A program made the position numbers and the translations under genes. From Rhodothermaceae bacterium bin80 (GTDB lineage Bacteria; Bacteroidota; Rhodothermia; Rhodothermales; Bin80), in the NCBI GenBank assembly GCA_002238805.1, contig MPNB01000002.1:14045-78044 (forward strand): a stretch of DNA of 64,000 bases. Reading direction: 5' to 3'. Below are positions 9,841 to 20,858 of this stretch, in pieces; positions within the stretch are counted from its first letter, which is position 1; each line of letters opens with the position of its first letter. The notes under the pieces are model-generated. The model worked only from the letters and a program-made list of their open reading frames with translations, ran no database searches and had not been told where the DNA came from.

Positions 9841-10944
9841 TCAAGTCAGAAAGGGGTAGTCTTCTTGCGTGTAGACATGATCATATATGGCCTCCGGTGG
9901 AGGGAACGGGCTTTCATCCGCAAAGGTAACGGATGCGGCCACCTCGGCCTTCACCTCCATATCTAGAACATCTAGATCTTCGTTACTGATCAGGTTTTCC
10001 TGTATGAGGTAACTTTTCAAGCGAAGGATTGGATCTTCGTTTTTCTTGGCCTCCAACTCTTCCTTAGTCCGATACTTACCGGGATCACTCATGGAGTGCC
10101 CCCTGTAGCGGTAGGTCCGGATTTCCACAAGCGATGGCTGCCCCTCACGAGCCATGTCCACATGATCACGCATGGCCTGACAAACACTGAACACATCCAT
10201 CCCGTCTACCAATGAGCCTGGCATAGCATAAGAGACACACTGCTTGAAGAGATCTGTCTCAGCACTGGCTCGATCAACTGCAGTACCCATTGCATACTGG
10301 TTGTTCTCAATCACATAAACAATCGGCAACTTGTACAGTGAAGCCAGATTCAGTGCTTCGTGAAAAGAACCTTGCCACACCGCACCATCGCCTAAATAGC
10401 ATATACATACTCCCCCATCGTTCTTGTACATATGTGCAAAAGCAATGCCTGTGGCCACAGGAATATGAGCACCAACGATACCGTGCCCCCCGAACATACC
10501 CTTCTCCTTGCTGAAAAAATGCATCGATCCTCCTTTGCCTTTAGAGCAACCATCCACCCGTCCAAACAGTTCGGCCATGCATTCGTTGGAGGTCATCCCG
10601 AGTGCCAATGCGAGGCCGTGGTCACGATATGCCGTAATCGCTGAATCTAGTCCAGACTTGAGCGCATAGACAGACCCGGTTGAAATGGCCTCTTGGCCGA
10701 TATACAAGTGTAGAAAACCGCCGATCTTTTGCCTGCCGTACATCTGAGCAGAACGCTCCTCGAAACGCCGCTGCAACAGCATATTTCGGTAAATATCAGC
10801 GACATCTTCCACACTCAACCCCAAACTCTCATGGGAAAAACGATCTCCTGGATATTGTCGGAAGGTGAGCTTAGTCTCAATCACGTCGTAAGATGCTTCC
10901 GGCTGGCCGTTTTGCGTTGCCACTTCTTTTGCCTTCAAAGACAT
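9841..10944 (-). CDS. pdhA: pyruvate dehydrogenase E1 component, alpha subunit
   Basis: 367 aa; TPP-binding GDGA...NN box (YLGDGAVWQG...IENNQYAMGT) and YRYRGHSMSDPGKYR motif. Confidence 0.92.
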   Translation of the reverse strand: MSLKAKEVATQNGQPEASYDVIETKLTFRQYPGDRFSHESLGLSVEDVADIYRNMLLQRRFEERSAQMYGRQKIGGFLHLYIGQEAISTGSVYALKSGLDSAITAYRDHGLALALGMTSNECMAELFGRVDGCSKGKGGSMHFFSKEKGMFGGHGIVGAHIPVATGIAFAHMYKNDGGVCICYLGDGAVWQGSFHEALNLASLYKLPIVYVIENNQYAMGTAVDRASAETDLFKQCVSYAMPGSLVDGMDVFSVCQAMRDHVDMAREGQPSLVEIRTYRYRGHSMSDPGKYRTKEELEAKKNEDPILRLKSYLIQENLISNEDLDVLDMEVKAEVAASVTFADESPFPPPEAIYDHVYTQEDYPFLT

Positions 10945-11060
10945 ACTACCGGGATGTTTGGAATATCATGTGCTCGTGATACAAGTACAGCCCAAGTGTA
11001 CCCTTCTAAAGCGCTTGGGATCCATACACCCGAACAGCCACAGGTTCTGTCCTGAAACTC

Positions 11061-11786
11061 ATGTCTGAGGTTCTCGTCATTATCCCAACGTACAACGAAG
11101 CTAAAAATGTGGCGCTGGCACTGAGACGTGTGATGGAACAACCTTCCAACCTGAATGCTCTGGTCGTGGATGATGGATCACCGGATGGTACAGCAAACGT
11201 CGTTCGTCAAACACAACTGAAATACCCTGGGCGCATTGATCTGTTGGAGCGTTCGGGGAAATTAGGCTTGGGAACAGCCTACTTAACCGGTTTCGCGCAC
11301 GCACTTAGGAACGAGTACCAGATCATTTGTGAAATGGATGCTGATCTCTCGCATAACCCGGATGACCTGCCACGACTGATTGAAGCCATTACGGCTGATC
11401 AATGTGATCTTGCCATTGGATCCAGATATGTTCATGGTGTTCGTGTAGTAGATTGGCCGCTTACTCGACTCATCCTCAGTTATGGCGCCGGATGGTACAC
11501 GCGAATCGTGACACGCCTTCCGGTCTGTGATGTTACCGCTGGCTTTGTGGCCTACCATCGTCGTGTTCTAGAGTCTGTAAACCTGCAAGCAGTCCGCAGC
11601 AACGGATATTCCTTTCAAGTAGAAATGAAATACCGTGCATGGAAGAAAGGCTTCCGCCTTTCCGAAATTCCTATTGTCTTTACCGAACGCACAGAAGGCC
11701 AAAGCAAGATGAGCCCGGACATCGTTCGTGAAGCCGCTCTCAAGGTTTGGGAGTTGCGTTTTCGTTCTCTCTTCGGAAAACTCTGA
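11061..11786 (+). CDS. polyprenol-phosphate mannosyltransferase (GT2, dolichyl-phosphate mannose synthase-like)
   Basis: 241 aa; VIIPTYNE, VDDGSPDGT, MDADLSH boxes of GT2 Dpm1-like enzymes. Confidence 0.85.
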   Translation: MSEVLVIIPTYNEAKNVALALRRVMEQPSNLNALVVDDGSPDGTANVVRQTQLKYPGRIDLLERSGKLGLGTAYLTGFAHALRNEYQIICEMDADLSHNPDDLPRLIEAITADQCDLAIGSRYVHGVRVVDWPLTRLILSYGAGWYTRIVTRLPVCDVTAGFVAYHRRVLESVNLQAVRSNGYSFQVEMKYRAWKKGFRLSEIPIVFTERTEGQSKMSPDIVREAALKVWELRFRSLFGKL

Positions 11787-11849
11787 CGTAATCCGATTAG
11801 ATTTATTCGCATGAATAATTTTAGCACCACCTGACAATTTCTTCAACTG

Positions 11850-13109
11850 ATGCCCTACACACATCTCTCTCTGCCCGAATCGGGCAACCCCATCCAATTT
11901 TCTGGAGGTACACTGCAAGTTCCCAATGAGCCCATCATTCCGTTTATTGAAGGAGACGGGATCGGGCCTGACATCTGGTCTGCTGCCCGCTACGTGCTTG
12001 ACCGTGCTGTCTCACATGCGTACGGCGGTCAACGTAAAATCCACTGGTTTGAAATCTATGCCGGAGACAAAGCCCACAACAAGTTCAACGAATGGCTCCC
12101 CGAGGATACGCTGCAGGCCATTCGAGACTACCGGATTGCTATCAAAGGCCCGTTAACGACACCGGTTGGTGGGGGAATTCGCAGCCTGAATGTCGCCCTT
12201 CGGCAAAAACTTGACCTCTACGCCTGCGTTCGGCCTACACGCTACTTCTCCGGCGTTCCCTCCCCCGTGCGGAACCCTGAGTATGTTGACATGATCATTT
12301 TCCGCGAGAACGCTGAAGATATTTATGCAGGTATTGAGTTTGAGCAAGGAACCGACGGCAATCAACGATTCCTAGAACTGTTCAGAGATGCATTCCCTGA
12401 ACGTTTCTCCAAAATCCGTTTTCCAGAAAGCAGCGGGATCGGAATTAAACCTGTTTCGGAAGAAGGCACTGAACGCATTGTTCGCGCTGCTATCCAGTAC
12501 GCGATTGCTGAGCGCAAGCCCAGTGTAACTCTGGTGCATAAGGGCAATATCATGAAATACACCGAGGGTGCCTTTCGTGATTGGGGATATAGCGTTGCCG
12601 CAGACCAGTTCGGTGCAAAACCTCTAGATGGTGGCCCCTGGCATGTACTTAATCATAACGGACACGAGGTAATTATCAAGGATGTGATCGCAGATGCTTT
12701 CCTGCAGCAGATCCTGACCCGCCCCAGGGAGTACGGCGTGATTGCCACCATGAACCTCAACGGAGACTACATCTCCGATGCGCTCGCAGCCCAGGTTGGA
12801 GGCATTGGAATTGCTCCCGGAGCCAATATCAACTACGATACGGGCCTAGCCCTGTTTGAAGCAACGCACGGCACTGCCCCGAAGTACGCAGGTTTGGATA
12901 AAGTCAACCCGAGTTCTGTACTGCTTTCTGGAGAAATGATGCTGCGGCACCTGGGATGGAAAGAAGCCGCCGACGCTATCATTAATGCGGTCGAAACGAC
13001 GATTGGCCAGAAGCGGGTAACTTATGATTTCCACCGTCTGATGGAGGGAGCAACCCTGCTAAGCTGCAGCCAATTCGGTCAGGCATTGGTCGAAAACCTG
13101 AGCAACTAG
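11850..13109 (+). CDS. icd: NADP-dependent isocitrate dehydrogenase
   Basis: 419 aa, colinear with bacterial Icd ([46 protein letters not shown]). Confidence 0.95.
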   Translation: MPYTHLSLPESGNPIQFSGGTLQVPNEPIIPFIEGDGIGPDIWSAARYVLDRAVSHAYGGQRKIHWFEIYAGDKAHNKFNEWLPEDTLQAIRDYRIAIKGPLTTPVGGGIRSLNVALRQKLDLYACVRPTRYFSGVPSPVRNPEYVDMIIFRENAEDIYAGIEFEQGTDGNQRFLELFRDAFPERFSKIRFPESSGIGIKPVSEEGTERIVRAAIQYAIAERKPSVTLVHKGNIMKYTEGAFRDWGYSVAADQFGAKPLDGGPWHVLNHNGHEVIIKDVIADAFLQQILTRPREYGVIATMNLNGDYISDALAAQVGGIGIAPGANINYDTGLALFEATHGTAPKYAGLDKVNPSSVLLSGEMMLRHLGWKEAADAIINAVETTIGQKRVTYDFHRLMEGATLLSCSQFGQALVENLSN

Positions 13110-13414
13110 TCAGAACACAGCGAAGCTTACTGTGGTCAAGCCATCGTCATTGTGACTCGAAACTGAACTTTACCCAAGTTTGTCACGCGTAGCGATATAG
13201 AGAATACAGAACTCTCCTAATCCCACTTTGAGCATTTTTTCGGGGCTATGGATGTCGGAGATTTACCGGATATGTCTGTATCGATTCAAGGTAGTATTGC
13301 GGTCTGTTTTTCTCCTTCTCGCGGCCTATGCCGCCGTGATCTGGCCTACCCAGTTGCTTTCTGGCGCGATCTGATAATGATTCGGGATCCGAGGATCTCA
13401 GGTGCGACAGGGGA

Positions 13415-13666
13415 CTAACTGAAAATACTGTTCAGGGTAATCACCGCCGACAGGATTACCGTCGCAAATCCGATCACCCAGATCAGCACATTGATCTTTG
13501 ATGTTTGGGCATCCAGCTTGGCCTCGAATTGAGCAATTATATTTGATGACGCCATTTCACTGATAATTTCCGTGAGTTCGTTTGCTTCGTCCGCAGTGAG
13601 TTCCTTCTTGCGAAGCAGCTTCGAAGCTCGTGTGAGTGGACCTTGGTGGTCCTTGTCTTGTGCCAT
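13415..13666 (-). CDS. hypothetical small tail-anchored protein (helical N-part, C-terminal TM helix)
   Basis: 83-aa ORF; C-terminal hydrophobic stretch INVLIWVIGFATVILSAVITL; no family recognised. Confidence 0.4.
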   Translation of the reverse strand: MAQDKDHQGPLTRASKLLRKKELTADEANELTEIISEMASSNIIAQFEAKLDAQTSKINVLIWVIGFATVILSAVITLNSIFS

Positions 13667-14068
13667 AATGCAGCTTGGACGGATTCAGGGCGTTGCAGGT
13701 TCCGCAGTGCGACCGCCAATTGTCCGAATATATAACAAAACCACGCTTCGCGGCTGAAATGAGCGGATCAGCTCTGGATTACAAAACATAATGCCTTTTA
13801 TGTCTCATCTCCAGAGACCGGACGCACCAAAATTATATATCCAGCGACTATTTCTGTGGCAGCTCCAAGATCACCGAACCCACTACTCATGCCATCCCCA
13901 CCACCTGACATCCGCCACTGAAGGAACTGCCTGGAAAGCACGCACGGCCCGATAGCCCTTCCGGGTTGCTCCTATCGGTCGCTCAAAACTTCCCCGCCAA
14001 TTCGTCGTCGACCAGAAACACCCGCTACCGAATTGAGTTGGCCAATTGTTTCAAATCAATCCTAATCA

Positions 14069-14251
14069 ATGTCATCACTCCAGAAACCAGGCGAGATCCC
14101 GGCAAAGCCCGGTGAATACATCGAACGCGGACCCCGAGGGGGTAAAGTTCCGGCCGCCCGCGAAGTCACCATTGACCCGGAGGATAAGCCCTTACCGCCG
14201 ACCCAAGAGCCGGGTCGCAAGTGGGAGCGCATCGGTCCTCCCAAATCTTAA
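14069..14251 (+). CDS. YjzC-like small protein
   Basis: 60 aa; KPGEYIERGPRGGKV...EVTIDPEDKPLPPTQEPGRKW resembles the YjzC family pattern as I recall it. Confidence 0.45.
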   Translation: MSSLQKPGEIPAKPGEYIERGPRGGKVPAAREVTIDPEDKPLPPTQEPGRKWERIGPPKS

Positions 14252-14673
14252 GAACAATAAATACCCTACTACATCGTCAACAGGAATGCCCAATCCAACG
14301 GGGACCATGAGGTTCACATAATCCCAACCCCAGGCTTGTATTGCAGGAGTCCGCAATACCCCCACCCTGCTAACCAAGTGCCCCTGGGGCATCACGGCGC
14401 GTGTCACGGCGCGGTTTGGAAAGCAAAAAGTCTCGGATACAGCTCGGCGAATGGGTGTGCCTTCTGTTCACTCCCCTGCCATACCGGCTGAGAACGACTC
14501 AACAGTAGACCTACGCTCCCCCAGCGTGATCTTTGCAGACCGTTTGCCCTTTTTCCGGGGAGTGTTTCAGTTACATACTAAACGTAATCCCTTAAACGTT
14601 TTCGTGCGCACATGCTTTCTTGGCACAGCAATCGCCGAAGGGCGTAAAAGCAGCGTTTGATCTGACTTGACCA

Positions 14674-15597
14674 ATGATTGAGGTTAGAAATCTCAGTAAA
14701 TCGTACGGCCCCGTTCAGGCCGTGCGCTCAATATCCTTTCAAGTGAACCAGGGAGAGGTAGTCGGTTTTCTGGGCCCAAACGGCGCTGGGAAATCCACAA
14801 CCATGAAAGTAATGACTGGTTACCTGCCTCCCAATGAGGGAACGGTCCTTGTTGATGGCATGGATATCCGCGAAAACGCCATTGAGGTACGTCAGCAGAT
14901 TGGCTACCTTCCCGAGAATACTCCGCTCTACTCGGATATGGTCACGTACGATTATTTGGAGTTCGTTGCTGCGATGCGCGGTGTTCAAAAAGATGATCGT
15001 GCCGAACGTATCGCAGAAATGACCAACGCATGCGGTCTGCAGGAAGTCCTCTCAAAGCGTGTCGATGCTTTATCCAAAGGCTTTCGACAACGTGTTGGTC
15101 TCGCCCAGGCTATGATACATAACCCGCCGATCCTGATTCTGGACGAGCCAACAAGCGGTCTGGATCCCAATCAGATTGTAGAAATTCGCGAACTCATTCG
15201 AACCATCGGGAAGAAGCGGACGGTCGTACTTTCGACACACATCTTACCCGAAGTGCAGGCTTCCTGTGACCGTGTTATCATCATTGACAATGGTGTACTG
15301 GTGGCCGACGGGACTCCTGAAGAACTCCAGGCAAATCTCTCGGCTGGCGAGCATGTTTCAATCACCCTCATGGATAACGAGGAAGACGTTGCCGGGGTAC
15401 TCGGCACTTGGGACATGGCCGAAGTTGTGGAGCACGGCACAGATGTCAATGGAGAAGCATACTTCAATCTGAACTCCTCGAGTGATATTCGAGCCGATCT
15501 GTTCCGGTTAGCTGTCAGCAATGGATGGACACTCACCGGCCTGCACCGAAGACATGAAAATCTGGAAGACGTTTTCCGCCAACTAACCGGCAGGTAA
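14674..15597 (+). CDS. ABC transporter ATP-binding protein (GldA-like)
   Basis: 307 aa; Walker A GPNGAGKST, signature LSKGFRQR, Walker B ILILDEP. Confidence 0.9.
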   Translation: MIEVRNLSKSYGPVQAVRSISFQVNQGEVVGFLGPNGAGKSTTMKVMTGYLPPNEGTVLVDGMDIRENAIEVRQQIGYLPENTPLYSDMVTYDYLEFVAAMRGVQKDDRAERIAEMTNACGLQEVLSKRVDALSKGFRQRVGLAQAMIHNPPILILDEPTSGLDPNQIVEIRELIRTIGKKRTVVLSTHILPEVQASCDRVIIIDNGVLVADGTPEELQANLSAGEHVSITLMDNEEDVAGVLGTWDMAEVVEHGTDVNGEAYFNLNSSSDIRADLFRLAVSNGWTLTGLHRRHENLEDVFRQLTGR

Positions 15598-15643
15598 GCA
15601 CCTAAGGTATCTACTTCCAAGGACGACGTTTTAACTATCAATT

Positions 15644-16351
15644 ATGAACCAAACCTGGACTCTCACGAAGCGTGAATTAAGGGCCTATTTTGACGGACCG
15701 GCAGCTTACGTTGTGTTGTGCGTATTCCTAGCCATCACCGGATGGTTTTTCGGCAACGCCCTGTTTTTGCAGAACGTGGCCTCACTTCGCTCCGTTTTTT
15801 CAATTGCCCCCTTCATATTCCTCTTCTTCATGCCGGCCCTGACTATGGCGTCATTTGCCGAAGAGCGTCGTGCAGGAACATTGGAATTGCTACTGACCCT
15901 GCCCATACGTGACTGGCAGGTCATTCTGGGTAAACTTCTCTCTGTAGCACTCCTGTTGTTACTAGCTATCGCACTAACCTTCGTATACGCACTCACACTG
16001 GCTATACTTGGCGATTTGGATTTAGGTGGAACAGTTGGGGGCTATCTGGGGCTCTTCCTGTTGGGCATCACCTACGGTGCCATCGGCATTTGGGCCAGCA
16101 GTTTGACCCGCAATCAGATAGTTGCATTCATCCTTGGTTTTGCGATCATATTCGTTCTGTTTCTGCTCGACAAAATCACAGATTTTGTGCCCGGTCAACT
16201 GGGTGTAATCATGCAATATCTGGGAGCAGATTATCACTTCCAGAATCTTATGCGTGGTGTCATTGATACGCGGGATATTCTGTACTACCTGTCTCTAACA
16301 GGATTTGCTTTCCTACTGACAACATACACCTTGGCCAAGCGGCCTGAATAG
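15644..16351 (+). CDS. ABC-2 type permease (GldF-like)
   Basis: 235 aa, about 6 hydrophobic segments, directly after the ATPase. Confidence 0.8.
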   Translation: MNQTWTLTKRELRAYFDGPAAYVVLCVFLAITGWFFGNALFLQNVASLRSVFSIAPFIFLFFMPALTMASFAEERRAGTLELLLTLPIRDWQVILGKLLSVALLLLLAIALTFVYALTLAILGDLDLGGTVGGYLGLFLLGITYGAIGIWASSLTRNQIVAFILGFAIIFVLFLLDKITDFVPGQLGVIMQYLGADYHFQNLMRGVIDTRDILYYLSLTGFAFLLTTYTLAKRPE

Positions 16352-16373
16352 TATTGATTGCGACTGCCGAGTC

Positions 16374-17891
16374 ATGAAACGAGATTTTTCCTCACAGACT
16401 ACACTATTACTTGCTGCTGCGATCCTGGTAGTGGTAAACCTGATCGGCCTGAATATCTTCGGACGCCTGGATCTAACGGACGACCGCGTGTACTCACTCT
16501 CGCGTGCGTCCAGAGATATCGTTGAAAATCTGGAAGATCCGGTCACGATCACTGCCTTCTTCAGTGCAGACCTGCCCGCTCAGTTCGCATCGAATCGGCG
16601 ATTTCTAAGAGATAAGCTGGATGATTACCGCGCTTACGGCGGACAGAATGTACAATACGAATTCATTGATCCAGGAGAGGATGACGATATCCGTGGGGAA
16701 GCAGCCCGCCTAGGTATTCCACCTGTACAGATTCAGGTCATCGAAAGTGATAACGTACAACTCAAAAACGCCTATATGGGAGTGGCCATTGAGTATGAAA
16801 ACAACCGTGAATCAATTCCGGTGGTTCAGGATCTTTCGAAACTTGAGTACGATCTAACGAGCGCCATTCGGCGACTGACACGTACGGAAAAACCGATAGC
16901 TGGATTCTGGACGGGCCACGGAGAGCCTGATCTGATGCAGAATATGCCACGACTGCAACAGAACCTTGCAACTAATTACGATGTGCAACCAGTAACAGAA
17001 GCCGATCTGCAAGGGGAAAGCAGGCCCGACGTACTGGTTATAATTGCACCAACCGATACGATCCCCGAATCTCACCTTCGGGCATTGGACAATTACATCA
17101 TGGAAGGTGGGCGTGTTGGATTTCTGCTCAATCGCGTGGCCGCCAACTTACAGGCCGGACAGGCTGTCGAACTGAATACCGGTATTGAGCCACTCCTAGC
17201 CAATTACGGCATTGTGCTTACACCCAACCTCATTATGGATGAGCAAAGTTCCGTCGTCACTGTGCAGCAGCGCCAAGGCTTCTTTAATATTGCGCAGCAA
17301 ATACAGTACCCACTCTTCCCGGTTGCATCTCGTTTCAATACGGAAAACCAGATGGTCAATCGTCTGCAGGATCTCATGTTTTACTTTGTGAGCTCTGTAG
17401 ATACAAGCGCAGTACTGCCAAGTGGCGTGACACGCGAACCACTCATATACTCGTCCCCCCAAAGCGGCCTGCAACAAGGGTTCTTTATGTTGCAGCCAAC
17501 ACAGACCACCGCAACATTGGCCGGCGGCCCTTACCTTCTGGGCGCTGCCTTTACCGGCAATTTTCCCAGTGCTTACGAGCCAGGTCGGACAGGTCTGCCA
17601 ACGCGCCTAGTCGTTGTCGGAGATGGCGACTTCGTGAACGAGTCACTCATACCCCCACAGGGAGGTAATGCTGAATTTGGACTGAACCTGGTGGACTGGC
17701 TCGCCCAAGATGATGCACTCCTGAGCATTCGTTCAAAATCTATCGAACCACGCACACTTCGGGATATATCTGAAGACACACGGCCTTTCATCAAATATGC
17801 CAACATGCTCGGGCCGTTGCTGATTGTTGTCATTTTTGGAGTTGCGCGCTGGCGCAAGCGGCGTGCAAGACAAATCGTAGTATTGAAGTAA
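16374..17891 (+). CDS. GldG-like ABC transporter auxiliary protein
   Basis: 505 aa; N- and C-terminal TM anchors; N-terminal GRLDLTDDRVYSLS box typical of GldG-family proteins; conserved position after GldA/F-like genes. Confidence 0.7.
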   Translation: MKRDFSSQTTLLLAAAILVVVNLIGLNIFGRLDLTDDRVYSLSRASRDIVENLEDPVTITAFFSADLPAQFASNRRFLRDKLDDYRAYGGQNVQYEFIDPGEDDDIRGEAARLGIPPVQIQVIESDNVQLKNAYMGVAIEYENNRESIPVVQDLSKLEYDLTSAIRRLTRTEKPIAGFWTGHGEPDLMQNMPRLQQNLATNYDVQPVTEADLQGESRPDVLVIIAPTDTIPESHLRALDNYIMEGGRVGFLLNRVAANLQAGQAVELNTGIEPLLANYGIVLTPNLIMDEQSSVVTVQQRQGFFNIAQQIQYPLFPVASRFNTENQMVNRLQDLMFYFVSSVDTSAVLPSGVTREPLIYSSPQSGLQQGFFMLQPTQTTATLAGGPYLLGAAFTGNFPSAYEPGRTGLPTRLVVVGDGDFVNESLIPPQGGNAEFGLNLVDWLAQDDALLSIRSKSIEPRTLRDISEDTRPFIKYANMLGPLLIVVIFGVARWRKRRARQIVVLK

Positions 17892-17899
17892 CCTGACTC

Positions 17900-18784
17900 A
17901 TGCGGCAAAAGCAAACTCTTGTGCTCGGTGGCACACTGGTTGTGCTCCTGGGTATTGCCTGGATATCCGGTGTATTCGATCGGAACCCGAGCAATGTTCA
18001 TGTACCCGAACTTGATCTCCCAACCAGTGAAATCACACAGATATCCGTCACACTACCGGATACAATACTCACTCTGGAAAGACGAAGCCTGCGATGGTTC
18101 ATGCGTGAACCCGTGGATATGCCAGCCGACTCTGCAACCGTCACACGCTTACTGAATGAACTGGGAGATATGTCGCTCAACAACCGGGCGACTAGCAACC
18201 CTGATCGCTACGGCATTTACGGCATCGATTCGACCGCTTCCACCGTGAGCCTGACATGGCCCGGCGGTGCTGAGGACATTGTGATTTCGAGGCAGGGGCG
18301 GGATTACCTGTCGATTTACGTCAGGATTGGAGATGATCCCAATGTATATTCGACAAAAGGAAGAGTAACCGTGAACCAGGATATGGACCGTTGGCGAGAC
18401 CGGCAGATTCTTGATCTTGGGATTGGCACCGTGATGTCCGCGCGAGTGACTCGCCCGGACCACTCTTACGAAGTATCCCTTAATAATGGAGTTTGGATGG
18501 TGGATGGCCAGCCGGGAGACAGCCTGCAGGTAACCAACTGGGTTCGACGGTTCGCCCCGCTGAGTGCGGATGGATTCTTTGATGATATTCCGGTACAGGT
18601 CCTGGCAGATCCAAGCTATCGTATTGACTTTTCAACCAACACGAACACGACCTCATCTGTCCAGGCAATGCCCGCCGAGTCTGCGATAGCTATCACATCC
18701 GGCGGCAGTCAATTTACCTACAGGGTATTCGAGAATCGATTGGACCAGCTTTTCCCTGACCCATCGTCATTGACTGGAGAGTAA
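17900..18784 (+). CDS. DUF4340-like protein (fourth gene of the GldAFG-like cluster)
   Basis: 294 aa, single N-terminal TM; call rests on position and my memory of the DUF4340 context. Confidence 0.5.
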   Translation: MRQKQTLVLGGTLVVLLGIAWISGVFDRNPSNVHVPELDLPTSEITQISVTLPDTILTLERRSLRWFMREPVDMPADSATVTRLLNELGDMSLNNRATSNPDRYGIYGIDSTASTVSLTWPGGAEDIVISRQGRDYLSIYVRIGDDPNVYSTKGRVTVNQDMDRWRDRQILDLGIGTVMSARVTRPDHSYEVSLNNGVWMVDGQPGDSLQVTNWVRRFAPLSADGFFDDIPVQVLADPSYRIDFSTNTNTTSSVQAMPAESAIAITSGGSQFTYRVFENRLDQLFPDPSSLTGE

Positions 18785-18799
18785 CTGATAATATTCTAA

Positions 18800-20653
18800 A
18801 TGACAGAAACCACACAATCTCAACAATTCGAGTACAAGGCCGAGATGCAGCAGCTGCTGCATCTCATAGTTAATTCGCTTTACACCAACCAGGAGATTTT
18901 CTTGCGAGAACTAATCTCCAATGCATCGGATGCACTCAACAAGGCCCGCCTTCGTCAGCTGACTGACCATTCCGAAGGTGACAAAAAAAATCTCCAGATT
19001 ACGATCACTGTGGACGAGGATGCCCACACCTTGTCCGTAGAGGATACTGGGATTGGCATGACGCGCGATGATCTGATCAACCGACTGGGAACTGTTGCCA
19101 GTAGTGGTACGCTGGCCTTTATTGAGGAGCAGAAAGCAACCGGCAAAAAGGTGGATGCTGGGATGATCGGAAAGTTTGGCGTGGGCTTCTATTCTGCCTT
19201 CATGGTAGCCGATAAAATAGAGATTGAAACGCTGCATGCCGACGAGGAAGCCGAATCGTTGAATTGGAGTAGCGACGGTGCAGGCACATATACAATAAGT
19301 CCGGGCGCACGTAGTGAGCATGGGACTAGTATTAAACTGCACTTAAAAGAAGACGCGAAAGATTTTGCGACGGAGCTCCGCGCACGGTCGATCATTCGGA
19401 AATACTCAAATTTCGTGGACTTCCCAATCATCCTAGGCTCCGACCAGGCTAACACAATCAAAGCTCTTTGGAGGAAACGCAAGGATGACGTGACGGATGA
19501 AGAGCGCAATGAGTTTTACAAGTTCTTAACAGGCGATTACTCGGAGCCTATCGGGCATTTACACCTGCAGATTGAGGGACTGATTTCGTTTGGTGCACTC
19601 CTGTTCATCCCCTCACAACCCCCTGTATCTTTCTTCCAGGAAGAGAATCGTCGCGGCCTCCACCTTTACTGCTCAGGTGTATTCGTGCGGGATGATGCAC
19701 AGGAGTTGTTGCCGGATTACCTGCAGTTCGTAAAGGGTATTGTGGATACGGATGACCTTCCACTGAATGTATCCAGAGAGGTTACCCAGAACAGCCGTGC
19801 CGCCCAGCGAATCCGCTCTACGCTTACCAACAAGCTTTTCGGCCTTCTCAAGGACTGGGCCTCAGAGAATGAGGAGCTATATGATAGGTTTTTCAGCAAT
19901 TTTGGGGTAATACTCAAAGCTGGATTCTGGAGTGATTATTCTCGACGCGATGAGCTCTTGGAGCTCATGCGCTACTACTCAACACACTCAGACGGCAAGA
20001 GCTTAACTACGCTTAAGGACTACGTCGAGCGTATGCCGGAGGATCAGGAAACCATCTACTACCTGTTGTCTGATTCCCTCGAGTCCGCTCGCACCAGCCC
20101 TCATCTCGAGGTCTTCGCTCGCAAAGGTATCGAGGTATTACTTCTTCCGGATCCCGTTGATACTCTAACACTGCCAAATATGGCGGATTTTGAAGGAAAG
20201 TCTTTCAAGAGTATAACTGGGACAGATCTCGATCTTGGTGATGATTCTGAAGAGGTATCACTGCCCGATGATGACACCGATACCCTCCTCAAGCTCTTCC
20301 GCGTTCAGTTGGGCGAACGGGTACAGGATGTGGCTGCATCCAAACGCCTGGTGGATTCTGCTGCAACACTGGTAACAACCGAAGATGGGATGGATCCACA
20401 GATGGAGCGCATGATGAAATCTATGAATCCCGACTATGAGGGAACAAAAAAAGTCCTGGAAGTCAATGTGGAGCACCCCCTCATGAAAAATATTCTGGCA
20501 CTGAAATCCGGCGAGAACCAAAACGACTTGGTTGAGGAAGCTATTGAACAAGTGTATGAAGGGGCACTCTTAATGGATGGCAACCTCTCAGAACCCTCTG
20601 CATTCATAGCGCGCATGACCCGTATCCTCGTGGACGCAACCAACACTAACTGA
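18800..20653 (+). CDS. htpG: molecular chaperone HtpG (Hsp90)
   Basis: 617 aa; Hsp90 signature NQEIFLRELISNASDALNK, GQFGVGFYS-like GKFGVGFYSAF. Confidence 0.95.
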   Translation: MTETTQSQQFEYKAEMQQLLHLIVNSLYTNQEIFLRELISNASDALNKARLRQLTDHSEGDKKNLQITITVDEDAHTLSVEDTGIGMTRDDLINRLGTVASSGTLAFIEEQKATGKKVDAGMIGKFGVGFYSAFMVADKIEIETLHADEEAESLNWSSDGAGTYTISPGARSEHGTSIKLHLKEDAKDFATELRARSIIRKYSNFVDFPIILGSDQANTIKALWRKRKDDVTDEERNEFYKFLTGDYSEPIGHLHLQIEGLISFGALLFIPSQPPVSFFQEENRRGLHLYCSGVFVRDDAQELLPDYLQFVKGIVDTDDLPLNVSREVTQNSRAAQRIRSTLTNKLFGLLKDWASENEELYDRFFSNFGVILKAGFWSDYSRRDELLELMRYYSTHSDGKSLTTLKDYVERMPEDQETIYYLLSDSLESARTSPHLEVFARKGIEVLLLPDPVDTLTLPNMADFEGKSFKSITGTDLDLGDDSEEVSLPDDDTDTLLKLFRVQLGERVQDVAASKRLVDSAATLVTTEDGMDPQMERMMKSMNPDYEGTKKVLEVNVEHPLMKNILALKSGENQNDLVEEAIEQVYEGALLMDGNLSEPSAFIARMTRILVDATNTN

Positions 20654-20711
20654 TTAGGGGATCTATACATGAGTATGCATCTTATATAGCTACTCATAGA
20701 CCCTTTTCAAA

Positions 20712-20727
20712 GGTCATCAAGATGACC
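20712..20727. promoter_or_regulatory. perfect 16-bp palindrome GGTCATCAAGATGACC in the htpG/ROK-kinase intergenic region (possible operator)
   Basis: Read directly: GGTCATC-AA-GATGACC; the 2-nt centre is too small for an RNA hairpin loop, so a protein-binding site is more plausible than a terminator. Confidence 0.2.
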
Positions 20728-20858
20728 AATGCTGCGTCTCTCGCCGTGCAGGTGCCGTAATCCCGGATACAGGCCACCTATACATGTGCCGCTGATCACA
20801 TGACCTATTTCACGCCGATTGGGTACTCATGTGTACAACCCATTGATTTTTTGCCGTT

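Noticed and set aside
20669-20697. Hairpins after htpG (ATGAGTA...TACTCAT), after the decarboxylase (24490-24510, CACTCGT...ACGAGTG) and after the YjzC-like ORF (14338-14359, GTATTGC...GCAATAC), considered as rho-independent terminators
   Set aside because: The stems are short (7 bp), GC-poor or have large loops, and none is followed by a proper T-tract. I do not call terminators from these.
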